A stretch of 32,448 nt of DNA from Actinomycetes bacterium (GTDB lineage: Bacteria; Actinomycetota; Thermoleophilia; BMS3ABIN01): NCBI GenBank assembly GCA_021790075.1, contig JAJYIN010000001.1, positions 11,172-43,619 on the forward strand. Direction: 5' to 3'. Below the pieces are notes generated by a model that made no database searches, had not been told where the DNA came from, and saw only the letters and a program-made list of their open reading frames with translations. Positions 17,900-27,278 of the stretch are shown piece by piece. Made by a program: the position numbers and the translations under genes. Position 1 is the first letter of the stretch. Every line of letters starts with the position of its first letter.

Positions 17900-19564
17900 T
17901 CAGACTTCGACCACCACCGCGATGATCAGCGGCCTTTTTTTCGTCCGCTTGTAGATGAACCGCGCCAGCCGGTCATGGATGTGCTCCTGCAGCAGGGTCT
18001 GGTCGCTGTGGCCCTGCCGGGCGCTTTCCGCCAGGATCTGCTCCACCTGCCCGGAGATCTCCTTTAGCAGTTCCTTATGGCCGCGCATCCAGACGAAGCC
18101 CTTGGCGGTGATGTCCGGCTTGGCGGCCGGACGGCCGTCCTGTTCCCGCACCGGCACAACTACCAGGATGCTGCCATCCCGCGACAGCTTCTGCCGGTCG
18201 CGCAGGGTCACGTCCTTGATGTCGCCCACATCGAGGCCGTCAACGAAAGCGATGCCGGCGTCGATCCTGCCGTTCACGGTGACCTTGCCGTCGGCGGCCT
18301 CGACGACATCGCCGTTGGCGGTGATGATGATGTGTTTTTTGTCCATCCCCATCTCCTTGGCCAGCTCGGCGTGGAAATGCAGATGCCGGAACTCGCCGTG
18401 GATCGGCATGAAATATTTCGGCTGCGTCAGGTTGATCAGCATCTTCAGCTCTTCCCGGGCGGCGTGCCCGGAGACGTGCACGGGATATACGGTCTCGTAG
18501 ATGACGTTGGCTCCCGCCTTGAACAGGCGGTTGATCACCTGGTGGACGCTGACCTCGTTGCCCGGCACCGGCCGCGCCGAGAGGACGACCGTGTCGCCCC
18601 CCATCAGCTTGACCTTCTTGTGGTCCCCGGCCGCCATCCGCGACAGGGCCGAGAGCGGCTCACCCTGGCTGCCGGAGGAGAGGATGACCAGCTTGCGCGG
18701 CTTGTAGTTGCCGATTTCCCCCAGGCTGATGAGCATCTCCTCGGGAATGGTGAGGTAGCCCAGCTCGCGCGCCATCTGCACGTTGCGCACCATGGAGCGG
18801 CCCACCACGGTCAGCTTGCGCCGGTGGTGCCGGGCCGCATTGACAATCTGCTGAATCCTGTGGATATGCGAGGCGAACGAGGCGACGATGATGCGCCCCG
18901 GAGCCTGCACGAAGATGTCATCCAGGCTCTTGCCCACGGATTTCTCAGGCCCGGTGACACCTTCGAACTCAGCATTGGTGCTGTCGGAAAGGAGCAGCAG
19001 CACGCCCTTGCTCCCAAGCTCGCCAAAGCGGCCCAAGTCCGTGCGGCGCCGGTCGATGGGGTTGGGATCGAGCTTGAAATCGCCGGTATGGACGATAGTG
19101 CCCACGCCCGTGGTCACCGCCACGGCCACTCCATCGGGGATGCTGTGGGTGACGCTGATAAACTCGCAGTGGAAGGGACCGATGTCCACAGGAGTGCCCG
19201 CCACGATCTCGCGCAGGTCGACCTCGCCGGTGAGGCCGTGCTCGTCGAGCTTGTTGCCGACCAGCCCCAGGGTGAGGCGGGTGCCGTAAACCGGCACGTT
19301 TATCTCTCTGAGCAGGAAAGGCAGGGCGCCGACATGGTCCTCATGCCCGTGGGTCAGCAGCACCGCTTCCACCCGGTCGGCCCGCTCGCGCAGATAGTTG
19401 AAGTCGGGGATGATCAGGTCGATGCCGAGGAGCTCGTCCCGGGGAAACATGATGCCGGCGTCAATCACGAGGATGCTGCCGTCCTGGTCCTCCAGGACCA
19501 TCATGTTCTTGCCAATCTCCCCCAAACCGCCCAGGGGGATGATTTTCAGTGAATTAACAGGCAT
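17900..19564 (-). CDS. rnj: Ribonuclease J (metallo-beta-lactamase / beta-CASP)
   Basis: LLTHGHEDHVGALPFL motif and beta-CASP architecture. Start taken at the ATG at 19564 (MPVNSLKIIPLGGLGEIGKNM), the canonical RNase J N-terminus, with GGAAGGGA upstream. The ORF-track extension to 19657 was rejected. Confidence 0.93.
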   Translation of the reverse strand: MPVNSLKIIPLGGLGEIGKNMMVLEDQDGSILVIDAGIMFPRDELLGIDLIIPDFNYLRERADRVEAVLLTHGHEDHVGALPFLLREINVPVYGTRLTLGLVGNKLDEHGLTGEVDLREIVAGTPVDIGPFHCEFISVTHSIPDGVAVAVTTGVGTIVHTGDFKLDPNPIDRRRTDLGRFGELGSKGVLLLLSDSTNAEFEGVTGPEKSVGKSLDDIFVQAPGRIIVASFASHIHRIQQIVNAARHHRRKLTVVGRSMVRNVQMARELGYLTIPEEMLISLGEIGNYKPRKLVILSSGSQGEPLSALSRMAAGDHKKVKLMGGDTVVLSARPVPGNEVSVHQVINRLFKAGANVIYETVYPVHVSGHAAREELKMLINLTQPKYFMPIHGEFRHLHFHAELAKEMGMDKKHIIITANGDVVEAADGKVTVNGRIDAGIAFVDGLDVGDIKDVTLRDRQKLSRDGSILVVVPVREQDGRPAAKPDITAKGFVWMRGHKELLKEISGQVEQILAESARQGHSDQTLLQEHIHDRLARFIYKRTKKRPLIIAVVVEV

Positions 19565-19815
19565 TCTCAGGACAGGTTCCCTTCCGGCGCCGTTCCGCAG
19601 GCACCAAAAAACACACGAAGCCGGATGGCGGCCCCGACTCGGTGGCATGAGCAGCAATCATTAGTCTGGTTTATTGTTCGCCCCCAGGCGGCTGTTTCCT
19701 GCGGCAGTTGCCGGATTCGCCGCTCCCGGCCGGCGCAACCCGTCCAGACAGCCCGGCTGCCCGCGTGTGCACCTCCCCGGCAGGCTCAGCGCCTGCGCCA
19801 GTTACCGCAACGGGG

Positions 19816-20700
19816 CTAGCTTCCCGCGGGCGCCAGGGCATCGAGCGCGTGGCGGATGGCGGCTTCCTGCTCCCCAGTGGCCGCAACCAGCGGCAGCCGG
19901 TAGCCGCCGACGTTGTGACCCTGCATGTTAAGGGCCGCCTTGATGGGGATAGGGTTGGTGGTGACAGACATGGCCTCGTACAGCCTGGCCAGTGACTCAT
20001 CAATGGCGCGGGCCTCATCCACCCGGCCGGCCCGGTAGAGCTCGACCATCCGCTTCATCTGCGGTCCCGCCAGGTGCGAGGCCACGCAGATGCCGCCCAG
20101 GGCCCCCATCTCGAGCAGTGGGAAGAGCATGTCGTCGTTGCCGGCGTACAAGCCCATGTCGCACAGCTCCGTGAGCCGCCGTGACTGTTCCAGGTCCGGA
20201 TTGGCCTGCTTGACCGCGACTATGTTGGGAATCTCATACAGCTCGGCCAGTGTCTCCGGCTCTACGTTGAGCGCCGTGCGGCCGGGGATGTTGTAAAGGA
20301 TGACCGGCCTGTCGGTAGCGGCGGCAATGGCGGCGAAATGGGCGATGACGCCGGCTGCGGGCGGCTTGTTGTAATAGGGGGTTACCGCCAGGATGCCGTC
20401 GGCGCCCGCCGCGGTCGCGCGGGCGGTCAGCTCGACGCTGTGGGCGGTGTCGTTGGAGCCGGTGCCGGCAATGACCGCGCCGCGGCCCCCGACCGCCTCC
20501 CTGACGACGCGGAAAAGCTCCACCTTCTCATCATCTGTGAGGGTCGGCGACTCGCCGGTGGTGCCGCTCACAACCAGCCCGTCAGAGCCGTTCTCGACCA
20601 GGTAATCGGCCAGCTCGGCAGTGCCCTCAAAGTTGACGCTGCCGTCCTCATTAAGGGCCGTGACCATGGCGGTCAGTATGTCTCCCAGTGAGTTATTCAT
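19816..20700 (-). CDS. dapA: 4-hydroxy-tetrahydrodipicolinate synthase
   Basis: 294 aa. GTTGESPTL motif and DapA-family colinearity. Adjacent to dapB. Confidence 0.93.
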   Translation of the reverse strand: MNNSLGDILTAMVTALNEDGSVNFEGTAELADYLVENGSDGLVVSGTTGESPTLTDDEKVELFRVVREAVGGRGAVIAGTGSNDTAHSVELTARATAAGADGILAVTPYYNKPPAAGVIAHFAAIAAATDRPVILYNIPGRTALNVEPETLAELYEIPNIVAVKQANPDLEQSRRLTELCDMGLYAGNDDMLFPLLEMGALGGICVASHLAGPQMKRMVELYRAGRVDEARAIDESLARLYEAMSVTTNPIPIKAALNMQGHNVGGYRLPLVAATGEQEAAIRHALDALAPAGS

Positions 20701-20721
20701 GAACCAGTTATTATTTCAGAT

Positions 20722-21498
20722 TTACATTATCTTCTCCAGCCCCACGGCGAGGCCGTCGAGCTGGGAGACGCGCCGGATCGCCATGACCACGCCAGGCATG
20801 AACGATTCCCGGGAGATGGAATCATGGCGGATGGACAGGGTCTGGCCCTGCCCGCCGAAGATCACTTCCTGGTGCGCCACCAGTCCCGGCAGGCGGACGC
20901 TGTGAATGGGGATGCCCTTGTGGACAACCCCGCGGGCAGCCTCGCCTTCGGGGCCGGCCGGCTCCGGGCTGTCCACCCGGGCGGCCGCGATCATGCCGGC
21001 GGTCTGCATCGAGGTGCCCGAGGGCGCGTCCAGCTTCCGGTCATGGTGCAGCTCCACGATCTCGACATACGGCATGTAACGGGCTACCAACTGGCAGATG
21101 TCCATCATCAGCACGGCGCCAATGGCGAAGTTGGGCGCCACCAGGCAGCTGGCGCCGCTGACGCGGCACTGGGCCTCGATGTCCGCCAGTTGCGCCTCCA
21201 CCAGGCCGGTGGTGCCGACCACGCAGTTGACTCCCTTTTTAAGGCAGGTGATGATATTGTCAAAGACCGAGCCTGGAACTGTAAAATCAACCGCTACTTC
21301 CGCGGCGGTCTTTTCCAGACATTCCTCCAGGGAAGCAAACACAGGGACGTCCTCGATGGCAAAGGCTCCCCGCGCTTCCCGTCTGGCGAAGGCCGTGTCC
21401 ACGGCCGCCACCAGCGAGAGGTCGGGCTCGGCCAGGACGGCGTCGCAGACCGTCCGCCCCATCCTCCCCATCGCCCCGCTGACCAGTACCTGGATCAT
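20722..21498 (-). CDS. dapB: 4-hydroxy-tetrahydrodipicolinate reductase
   Basis: N-terminal dinucleotide fold VSGAMGRMGR and signature ELHHDRKLDAPSGT. GGAGG RBS. Confidence 0.93.
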   Translation of the reverse strand: MIQVLVSGAMGRMGRTVCDAVLAEPDLSLVAAVDTAFARREARGAFAIEDVPVFASLEECLEKTAAEVAVDFTVPGSVFDNIITCLKKGVNCVVGTTGLVEAQLADIEAQCRVSGASCLVAPNFAIGAVLMMDICQLVARYMPYVEIVELHHDRKLDAPSGTSMQTAGMIAAARVDSPEPAGPEGEAARGVVHKGIPIHSVRLPGLVAHQEVIFGGQGQTLSIRHDSISRESFMPGVVMAIRRVSQLDGLAVGLEKIM

Positions 21499-21507
21499 GC
21501 CGGCCTC

Positions 21508-22494
21508 CTATGCCTTCCGTTCCATGGTTGATTCCGCAATCATCGCCAGCGGCTCTGTCTCCAGCTCCACGCTCAGGCCCGCCAGCATCTCCTTTGCCTG
21601 CCGTACGCATGCCTCACCCTGCGCGCGCGCCTCCTCGAGGGCGCCGGAAGCCGCCACCAGGCCGCAGATCTCATCGATGCCGTCCTCCTCGAGGCTGCCG
21701 GATGCCAGCTTGCGTATGGACCTGTCACGGCGCATCGCCAGGAGGAGCGGCAGGGTGACCGTGCCGTCCCTGAGGTCGGCGCCGGCGCGCTTGCCCGTGC
21801 TGGCCGGATCGCCGGTAAAATCGAGGATGTCGTCAGCGATCTGAAAAGCAAGGCCTACGCGGGCGCCGAACTCCCCGATGGCCGCCACCGCCTCTTCCGG
21901 ACATCCGGAAAACAGCGCCCCGAACCGGCAGGCAGCCGCGAACAGGCTCGAGGTCTTCAGCCGGCAGCGTTTGATATAAGATTCTGGCGTCAGGTCAAAA
22001 TCGCCTTCCTGCTCACGCTGCGACAACTCGCCCAGGCTGAGGTCGAGGCCGGCCCGGCTGAGGGCGGCAATTGCCGCCGGTGAACCGGTGTTGGCCAGTA
22101 TCTCAAAAGCGGTGGCGAAAAGGTAATCGCCCGCGGCGGTGCCGAAAGGGGTCCCATATGCGGCCGCCAGCGTCGGGCGCCCCCGCCTGAGAGCGGCCCC
22201 GTCCAGGATATCGTCGTGAACCAGGGTGGCGCTGTGCACCAGCTCCACCGCGGCGGCGGCGGCATAATGCGCGTCGATGATTCCGGATCCTTTCCGGGAG
22301 GAAAGGAAAACCAGCAGCGGCCGCAACCTTTTTCCCCCGGCCGAGAGGGTATGCACACAGGCTTCGCCCAGGGTGCCTTCCGGCCGGCACGTGACCCCCG
22401 TGAGCCGCAGTTCGCATTCCTGGAGGTGCGGCTTGTAGCGCGGCCAGTAGGCTTCCTTAAAGCGGTCCAGGGCGCTTGTCCGGGTGCCTGTCAC
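21508..22494 (-). CDS. Polyprenyl diphosphate synthase (trans-IPPS, IspB/HepT/GGPPS family)
   Basis: First and second Asp-rich motifs, LVHDDILDG and QIADDILDF. The GTG start overlaps the upstream stop (GTGA). Confidence 0.88.
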   Translation of the reverse strand: MTGTRTSALDRFKEAYWPRYKPHLQECELRLTGVTCRPEGTLGEACVHTLSAGGKRLRPLLVFLSSRKGSGIIDAHYAAAAAVELVHSATLVHDDILDGAALRRGRPTLAAAYGTPFGTAAGDYLFATAFEILANTGSPAAIAALSRAGLDLSLGELSQREQEGDFDLTPESYIKRCRLKTSSLFAAACRFGALFSGCPEEAVAAIGEFGARVGLAFQIADDILDFTGDPASTGKRAGADLRDGTVTLPLLLAMRRDRSIRKLASGSLEEDGIDEICGLVAASGALEEARAQGEACVRQAKEMLAGLSVELETEPLAMIAESTMERKA

Positions 22495-23189
22495 TCCGGC
22501 ACCGAGCCCCAGTGAATGGCGATGATGCTGCCGGCCAGCAGCCGGTAGGAGACATCCGCCAGGCCGGCGGCGCGCATGATGTCCGCCAGCTCCGGCGCCG
22601 GCGGAAAGCGGCGCACCGATGACGGCAGATAGGAATAGGCGGAGCCATCCCTGGATATCACGCGCCCCAGCGCCGGCACCAGGCGGTCGAACCAGATGCC
22701 GTAAAACTGCTCGAAGGGCTTTTGCGACGGCCGGGTTATCTCCAGGCAGACCACGCGCCCGCCGGGCCGGACCACCCGGGCCATCTCCGCAAACGCCCGC
22801 CCTATGTCCGGGATGTTGCGGACGCCGAAACCGACGGTGACGGCGTCGAAGGTGCCGTCGCTGAACCCAAGACTGGTCGCGTCGCCCCAGCGGAAATCCA
22901 CCGGCCGGCCCCGCCGGCGCGCCTTCTCCCTGGCCACTTCCAGCATGCGGCGGCTGAAATCAACCCCCGTGACGCTGCCCAGCGGTCCGACGGCCTCAAA
23001 GAGGAGGAAGGAGAAATCACCGGTGCCGCAGCAGACGTCAAGAGCCGCGTCACCCGGCTTCAGCCGGGCGGCTTCCAATCCCAAACGCCGCCAGCGGTGG
23101 TGCATGCCGCCGGTCATGAGCGTGTTCATCAGATCGTAGCGGCGCGCGATGCTGCCGAACATTCCGCGCACGCGCGCGGGTTCGGGCAT
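22491..23189 (-). CDS. ubiE: Demethylmenaquinone/ubiquinone C-methyltransferase (UbiE/MenG family)
   Basis: MFGSIARRYDLMN...HHRWRR N-terminal signature and SAM motif LDVCCGTGD. Start set at ATG 23189. The remainder of the 451-aa track ORF overlaps ubiX in another frame. Confidence 0.85.
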   Translation of the reverse strand: MPEPARVRGMFGSIARRYDLMNTLMTGGMHHRWRRLGLEAARLKPGDAALDVCCGTGDFSFLLFEAVGPLGSVTGVDFSRRMLEVAREKARRRGRPVDFRWGDATSLGFSDGTFDAVTVGFGVRNIPDIGRAFAEMARVVRPGGRVVCLEITRPSQKPFEQFYGIWFDRLVPALGRVISRDGSAYSYLPSSVRRFPPAPELADIMRAAGLADVSYRLLAGSIIAIHWGSVPE

Positions 23190-23221
23190 GCCAATGGCCA
23201 GGTTCTTCTCGATTTCTGTCT

Positions 23222-23836
23222 TCAGCTCCCCTCCCAGCGCCGGAACAAATCGTTCCCGATGCCAACGACATCGAGCGCCTTGCTCACCACGAAATCCACC
23301 AGGTCCTCGATCGTACCGGGATTGTGGTAAAACCCCGGCATGGCCGGCACCACCCCGGCCCCTGCTTCCTTGAGCGTCAGCAGGTTGCGGAGATGGACGA
23401 GGCTTAGTGGTGTCTCCCGCGGCACCACCACCAGCGGCCGCCCCTCCTTGAGCATCACGTCGGCGACACGGTGGATGAGGTTCCTGGTGACGCCCGCCGC
23501 GATCGAGCCCACGCTCGACATGGAGCAGGGACAAACGAAAGCCGCTTCCAGCAGCGCGCTGCCACTGGCGAACGTGCTGCCCATGCTTTCGGGCAGCACC
23601 AGCTCCGCCAGCCCGTGGGGGTCCAGACCGTGGCGGTCGAAGAATGACTCCAGCACCATTTCCCGCGGCGCGGTCAGCATCTCCAGGCCGGCGGCCTGCT
23701 CCTCCTGGCGGATGACCTCGACCGCTCCATCGGAAAAACAGGCGGTCACATCGTGGCCCCCATCCATGAGAGCCTTGAGGAGCCGCCCCCCGTAAATGGA
23801 GCCGCTGGCGCCGCTGATGCCGACAAAAATCTTCAT
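23222..23836 (-). CDS. ubiX: Flavin prenyltransferase UbiX/Pad1 family
   Basis: 204 aa. MKIFVGISGASGSIYG N-terminus and family colinearity. Confidence 0.9.
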   Translation of the reverse strand: MKIFVGISGASGSIYGGRLLKALMDGGHDVTACFSDGAVEVIRQEEQAAGLEMLTAPREMVLESFFDRHGLDPHGLAELVLPESMGSTFASGSALLEAAFVCPCSMSSVGSIAAGVTRNLIHRVADVMLKEGRPLVVVPRETPLSLVHLRNLLTLKEAGAGVVPAMPGFYHNPGTIEDLVDFVVSKALDVVGIGNDLFRRWEGS

Positions 23837-23917
23837 AGCCTTGCAAAGTCTAGCATGAATCCGGAATTCAGGCGCATTCCCCCGGGTTCTCAGGCTGGTG
23901 CTTTCCCGTACGATTCA

Positions 23918-23941
23918 GGGGCGCGCCTGACGGCGCGCCCC
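23918..23941 (-). terminator. Strong GC hairpin downstream of the DUF72 gene (U-tail-less terminator candidate)
   Basis: GGGGCGCGCC-TGAC-GGCGCGCCCC, a perfect 10-bp stem, about 40 nt after the stop at 23982. No U tract. Confidence 0.45.
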
Positions 23942-23981
23942 ATCCGCCGCTTCTCACCCCGCCGCTGCCTCCGCTTCCGCT

Positions 23982-24701
23982 TCAGCTTTCCAGCTGCCCA
24001 CGCAACTCCAAAGCATTATCTAAGGCATAACCTTTCCAATCGTTGTTGAAGTAAACATACACATCGGCGCCGCCGGCCATGAATCCGCGGACGCGGTCGG
24101 CCCAGGCAGCCAGTTCGCCGCGTGAATAAAGGCCGTCGCCGCCGCCGTAGTGGCAGCGGATATAAGTCCAGTCCGTGGTCAACACAAGGTCCCGCGGGTA
24201 CTCGGGATGGTCGGGGATGCAGAGGGCGGCGCCGGCGTTGTCGAGGACGTCGTACACCTCCTGGCAGTACCAGCTGGGGTGCCTGAACTCAAACGCGTGC
24301 CGCCAGCCGCCGGGAAGCGCGGAGACGAACGCCGCCAGCCGGTCATCGTGACGCTGGAAGTTGGGCGGCAGCTGCCAGAGGACGGGGCCCGCCTTGCCGC
24401 CCAGCCGCGCCCCCAGGTCCAGGAAACGGTCAACGGACTGGCCGGTATCCCCCAGGCGTTTCACGTGAGTGAGGTAACGGCTGCCCTTGAGGGCAAAGAG
24501 GAAACCGGGCGGCACCGCCTCCCGCCAGTGGTCCATGTACTCCGGCTTGGGCAGGCGGTAGAAGGTGGCATTCACTTCCACCGTGTCGAAACGCTCGGCG
24601 TAAAATTGAAGCCACTCTGACTGTTTGAGGCCCTTCGGATAGAACAGCTCCCGCCAGTGGCTGTAGTTCCACCCCGAAGTCCCGACCCGGAAGAACGGCA
24701 A
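23982..24701 (-). CDS. DUF72 family protein (YecE-like)
   Basis: 239 aa. N-terminal RVGTSGWNYSHWRELFYP...FDTVEVNATFYRLP is the DUF72 signature. Apparent TTG start preceded by GGGGG. Confidence 0.85.
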   Translation of the reverse strand: MPFFRVGTSGWNYSHWRELFYPKGLKQSEWLQFYAERFDTVEVNATFYRLPKPEYMDHWREAVPPGFLFALKGSRYLTHVKRLGDTGQSVDRFLDLGARLGGKAGPVLWQLPPNFQRHDDRLAAFVSALPGGWRHAFEFRHPSWYCQEVYDVLDNAGAALCIPDHPEYPRDLVLTTDWTYIRCHYGGGDGLYSRGELAAWADRVRGFMAGGADVYVYFNNDWKGYALDNALELRGQLES

Positions 24702-24884
24702 GACACCCCCATGATCCGTGGGCCGCCGGCGAACTGGCGTGTCCGCAAAGGCAGATGCCCTATTCTATCCGATTGGCGCCTGATTGATGCGCCGGCGCCA
24801 TCGCAAGCGGGAAAGATGCGTGGCGGAGCCGCCGCCGATACGCCCGGCGTTCAAGGTGGTTTCCCGGGGGCTCCTGCGGCGCCA

Positions 24885-27044
24885 TCACAAGCCGCTGCCG
24901 ATGCCGGCGCCGCCGCTTCCGGAATCAGGGCCCGGCCCCTTGTCGAAGCCAAGGCGCCCGGCCACCACGACCTGATTCTTGCCCCTGCTCTTGGCCTCAC
25001 GGAGCGCCCAGCCGGCCCGCTCGAACATCTGGTTGGCGTCCCGCGCCAGGGATGGCCATTCCGCCACGCCGATGCTCACGGTTATCTTCCCCTTTTCGAT
25101 CAGGAATGAGTTGGCCGCCAGCATCTCCCGGATGCGCTCCGCCGTCCGCCTGGCGTCGGTTTCCTCACCCGGTTCGCTTACACCCATGTCGGGCAAGAGC
25201 AAGGCGAACTCGTCGCCACCGTAGCGGGCGACGATGTCGAACTGCCTGACGGAAGCCCTCAACGTCTGGGCTATGACCCTGAGCACCTGGTCACCCTCGG
25301 GATGGCCGTTGACATCGTTGTATTCCTTGAAATCGTCCACGTCCATGATTAGGATCGAAACCGGCTGCACGTGCTTCTCCGCCCTTTCCACCTCGCTTGA
25401 CACCGCCTCATAGAAGAACCGGTGGCTGTACAGTCCGGTGAGGCCATCGGTAAGGCTGTGGCGCCGTGTCTCCTCCATCAGGCGGGCGTTGTCGATCACG
25501 AGCCCCAGCTGCCTGACGGCGGGCTCAAGCAGTTCCAGGTCGGCGGGGGAAAAGGCGCCGGCGTGAAAGCTGCCCAGATTCACGGTTCCCAGCACCTCGC
25601 CCTTGGAAATCAGGGGGATGATGACCTCGGAGCGGATTCCTTCCTCCACGAGGAGCTTGTCAGCCGGATACTCATCACCCCTGATGTCATCCCGGACCAG
25701 TGGACGGTAACTTTCGATCGCCTTGCCGATGGGAAGCGCCTCCCGGGGGAGCCACAGCCCCCGGTCCAGCCAGGTGCGCTCGGCTTTCGTGTTTGTGGCG
25801 ACGAACTCCACCTCCTGGGACTCGGGATGCCAGAGGCTGAGGCTGGCGCGGTCGAAGTCGATCAACTTCCGGATGTGCCCGGTGAACGATTCATAGATCG
25901 CGGCCATGCCCTCGTTTGAGGAAAGGTCCTGCGTCAGCGCCGTCATCAACTCAACCTGGGTGCGGTCGCGGCTGAGCTCGCTCTCAAGCTGCGTGTTTTC
26001 CACGGCGGCGGCGATGCGGTCGGCCGCCACGCAGAGGGAATCCTTCTCCTCCTCGGAGTAGTGGTGAGGGGTGAACGTGCCCAGGGTGAGCATGCCCAGC
26101 GGCTGTCCCCGGCCGACCAGCGGCAGGCTGATCAAAGTCTTCACCTGAAGCGATTTCAGGTAGGGGCTGACAAAGCGGCTGTCGACGCTCAGGTCCTCGG
26201 AGACGGCTATATAGGTGCCGGCGAAGGCGCGTCCCAGTATGCCCTCCCCCACCCTTTCCGTGAGCTTGCCGGCGGCTCCCGGGGCGAGCCCGTAGGTCAC
26301 CCGCGCCACCAGGTTCTCGCCGCTGCCGTCGGCCAGCGACACGCAGCCCATGTCGGCGCCGGCGAACGACGCGGCTGAGACCAGCAGGTTCTGCAGCAGC
26401 TCATTCAGGTGGAAGGAAGACAGCGCCGCTTCCGAAAGGGCGACCAGGCCGGCCAGTTTCTCGCTGCGGCTACGCGCTTCCTGGTATGCCTTCTCCAACT
26501 GCTCTTCCCGCTCACCCAGCAGGTAGGTCATGGCGTAGAAATTCTCGGTCATCTCGCGCACCGGGTCGCGGTTGGCTTTCCTGAACACGGGGCACAGGCG
26601 GCAGTCCTCCAGTTTCTTGGCGAATTTGCCCTGGACCTCGCCGCGGCAGAAAGTCCCGGCGATCAGCCAGCAGCGGGCATGCTCCTGCCCGTAGGCGGGG
26701 CAGTCCTCCTGCCCGCAGCCGAGTTCCCGCCAGCAGGTGGCAAGGTCGGGAGACTGGAAGGCCGGCACCCACTGTTTCCTGGCGACAGCTTCCCGCATCA
26801 GGTCATTGACCCGGTTCCGGGCCGCATCCATCTTGCTGCCCCATTCGTAGACATCATTCTCACGGCGGGCCAGCAACGCCATTCCGGCTCCCAGGGCCGG
26901 AATCAGCACCAGCAGAATCCAGTAATGGTAAGGACGGGCATAAAGGTCCAGGAGCAGGTGCGCGCCCGCGAGCAAAGCGCCGGCGGCCGCCCCCCAGATG
27001 CAGTAGGCAATGACCCGCGTGCGGCCAAAACCGATAGTTTTCAT
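24885..27044 (-). CDS. Membrane-anchored sensor diguanylate cyclase (2 TM - Cys-rich module - GAF - GAF - GGDEF)
   Basis: 719 aa with two N-terminal TM helices. A 7-Cys block spans residues 104-151. Two GAF-like regions follow. The GGDEF domain has an intact RYGGDEF site and an RQFD (RxxD) I-site five residues upstream. GGGGGAA RBS. Confidence 0.9.
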   Translation of the reverse strand: MKTIGFGRTRVIAYCIWGAAAGALLAGAHLLLDLYARPYHYWILLVLIPALGAGMALLARRENDVYEWGSKMDAARNRVNDLMREAVARKQWVPAFQSPDLATCWRELGCGQEDCPAYGQEHARCWLIAGTFCRGEVQGKFAKKLEDCRLCPVFRKANRDPVREMTENFYAMTYLLGEREEQLEKAYQEARSRSEKLAGLVALSEAALSSFHLNELLQNLLVSAASFAGADMGCVSLADGSGENLVARVTYGLAPGAAGKLTERVGEGILGRAFAGTYIAVSEDLSVDSRFVSPYLKSLQVKTLISLPLVGRGQPLGMLTLGTFTPHHYSEEEKDSLCVAADRIAAAVENTQLESELSRDRTQVELMTALTQDLSSNEGMAAIYESFTGHIRKLIDFDRASLSLWHPESQEVEFVATNTKAERTWLDRGLWLPREALPIGKAIESYRPLVRDDIRGDEYPADKLLVEEGIRSEVIIPLISKGEVLGTVNLGSFHAGAFSPADLELLEPAVRQLGLVIDNARLMEETRRHSLTDGLTGLYSHRFFYEAVSSEVERAEKHVQPVSILIMDVDDFKEYNDVNGHPEGDQVLRVIAQTLRASVRQFDIVARYGGDEFALLLPDMGVSEPGEETDARRTAERIREMLAANSFLIEKGKITVSIGVAEWPSLARDANQMFERAGWALREAKSRGKNQVVVAGRLGFDKGPGPDSGSGGAGIGSGL

Positions 27045-27112
27045 AAGGTTCCCCCGTTTCAGACAGGCTCGACGGCTCCCTGGCGGGAGTCATGATCCGT
27101 GTTTTCCTTGTA

Positions 27113-27118
27113 ATTATA
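27113..27118 (-). promoter_or_regulatory. Perfect TATAAT -10 element upstream of the diguanylate cyclase gene
   Basis: Minus-strand TATAAT about 70 nt upstream of the ATG at 27044. The nearest -35-like TTGAAT has only 14-nt spacing, so the -35 is weak. Confidence 0.3.
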
Positions 27119-27246
27119 GTAGCATTCACTAGATTCAAAGATGACGCGGATGCCTTATGACTTCGGCCAGGTTCTAGAAGTATTGCTTTTTGCAGGAAGA
27201 ATTGCATACAGGACGGGATTCGGCAATCAATCAGCAAACCTGCAGC

Positions 27247-27267
27247 TATTCATCAGAATAATGAATA
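27247..27267. promoter_or_regulatory. Operator-like inverted repeat TATTCAT-N7-ATGAATA
   Basis: Perfect 7-bp arms (27247-27253 and 27261-27267), 12 nt upstream of the -35 of the candidate sRNA promoter, within the AT-rich spacer. Confidence 0.3.
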
Positions 27268-27278
27268 TCCCAGGGGTA

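Noticed and set aside
18077-19552. 491-aa plus-strand ORF covering almost all of rnj in antisense
   Set aside because: RNase J on the minus strand has complete catalytic motifs. The antisense product is Asp/His/Gly/Ala/Val-rich with no recognisable domain and no RBS. It is a GC shadow ORF.
19565-19657. 31-codon N-terminal extension of the RNase J ORF
   Set aside because: The RNase J family starts at the ...KIIPLGGLGEIGKN segment. ATG 19564 has an upstream GGAAGGGA, while the extension is Cys/Arg/Pro-rich.
23190-23846. N-terminal 219 aa of the 451-aa ORF 22491-23846
   Set aside because: It overlaps ubiX in another frame and is Arg/Gly/Pro-rich. The UbiE homology begins only at MPEPARVRGMFGSIARRYD, so the CDS was trimmed to ATG 23189.
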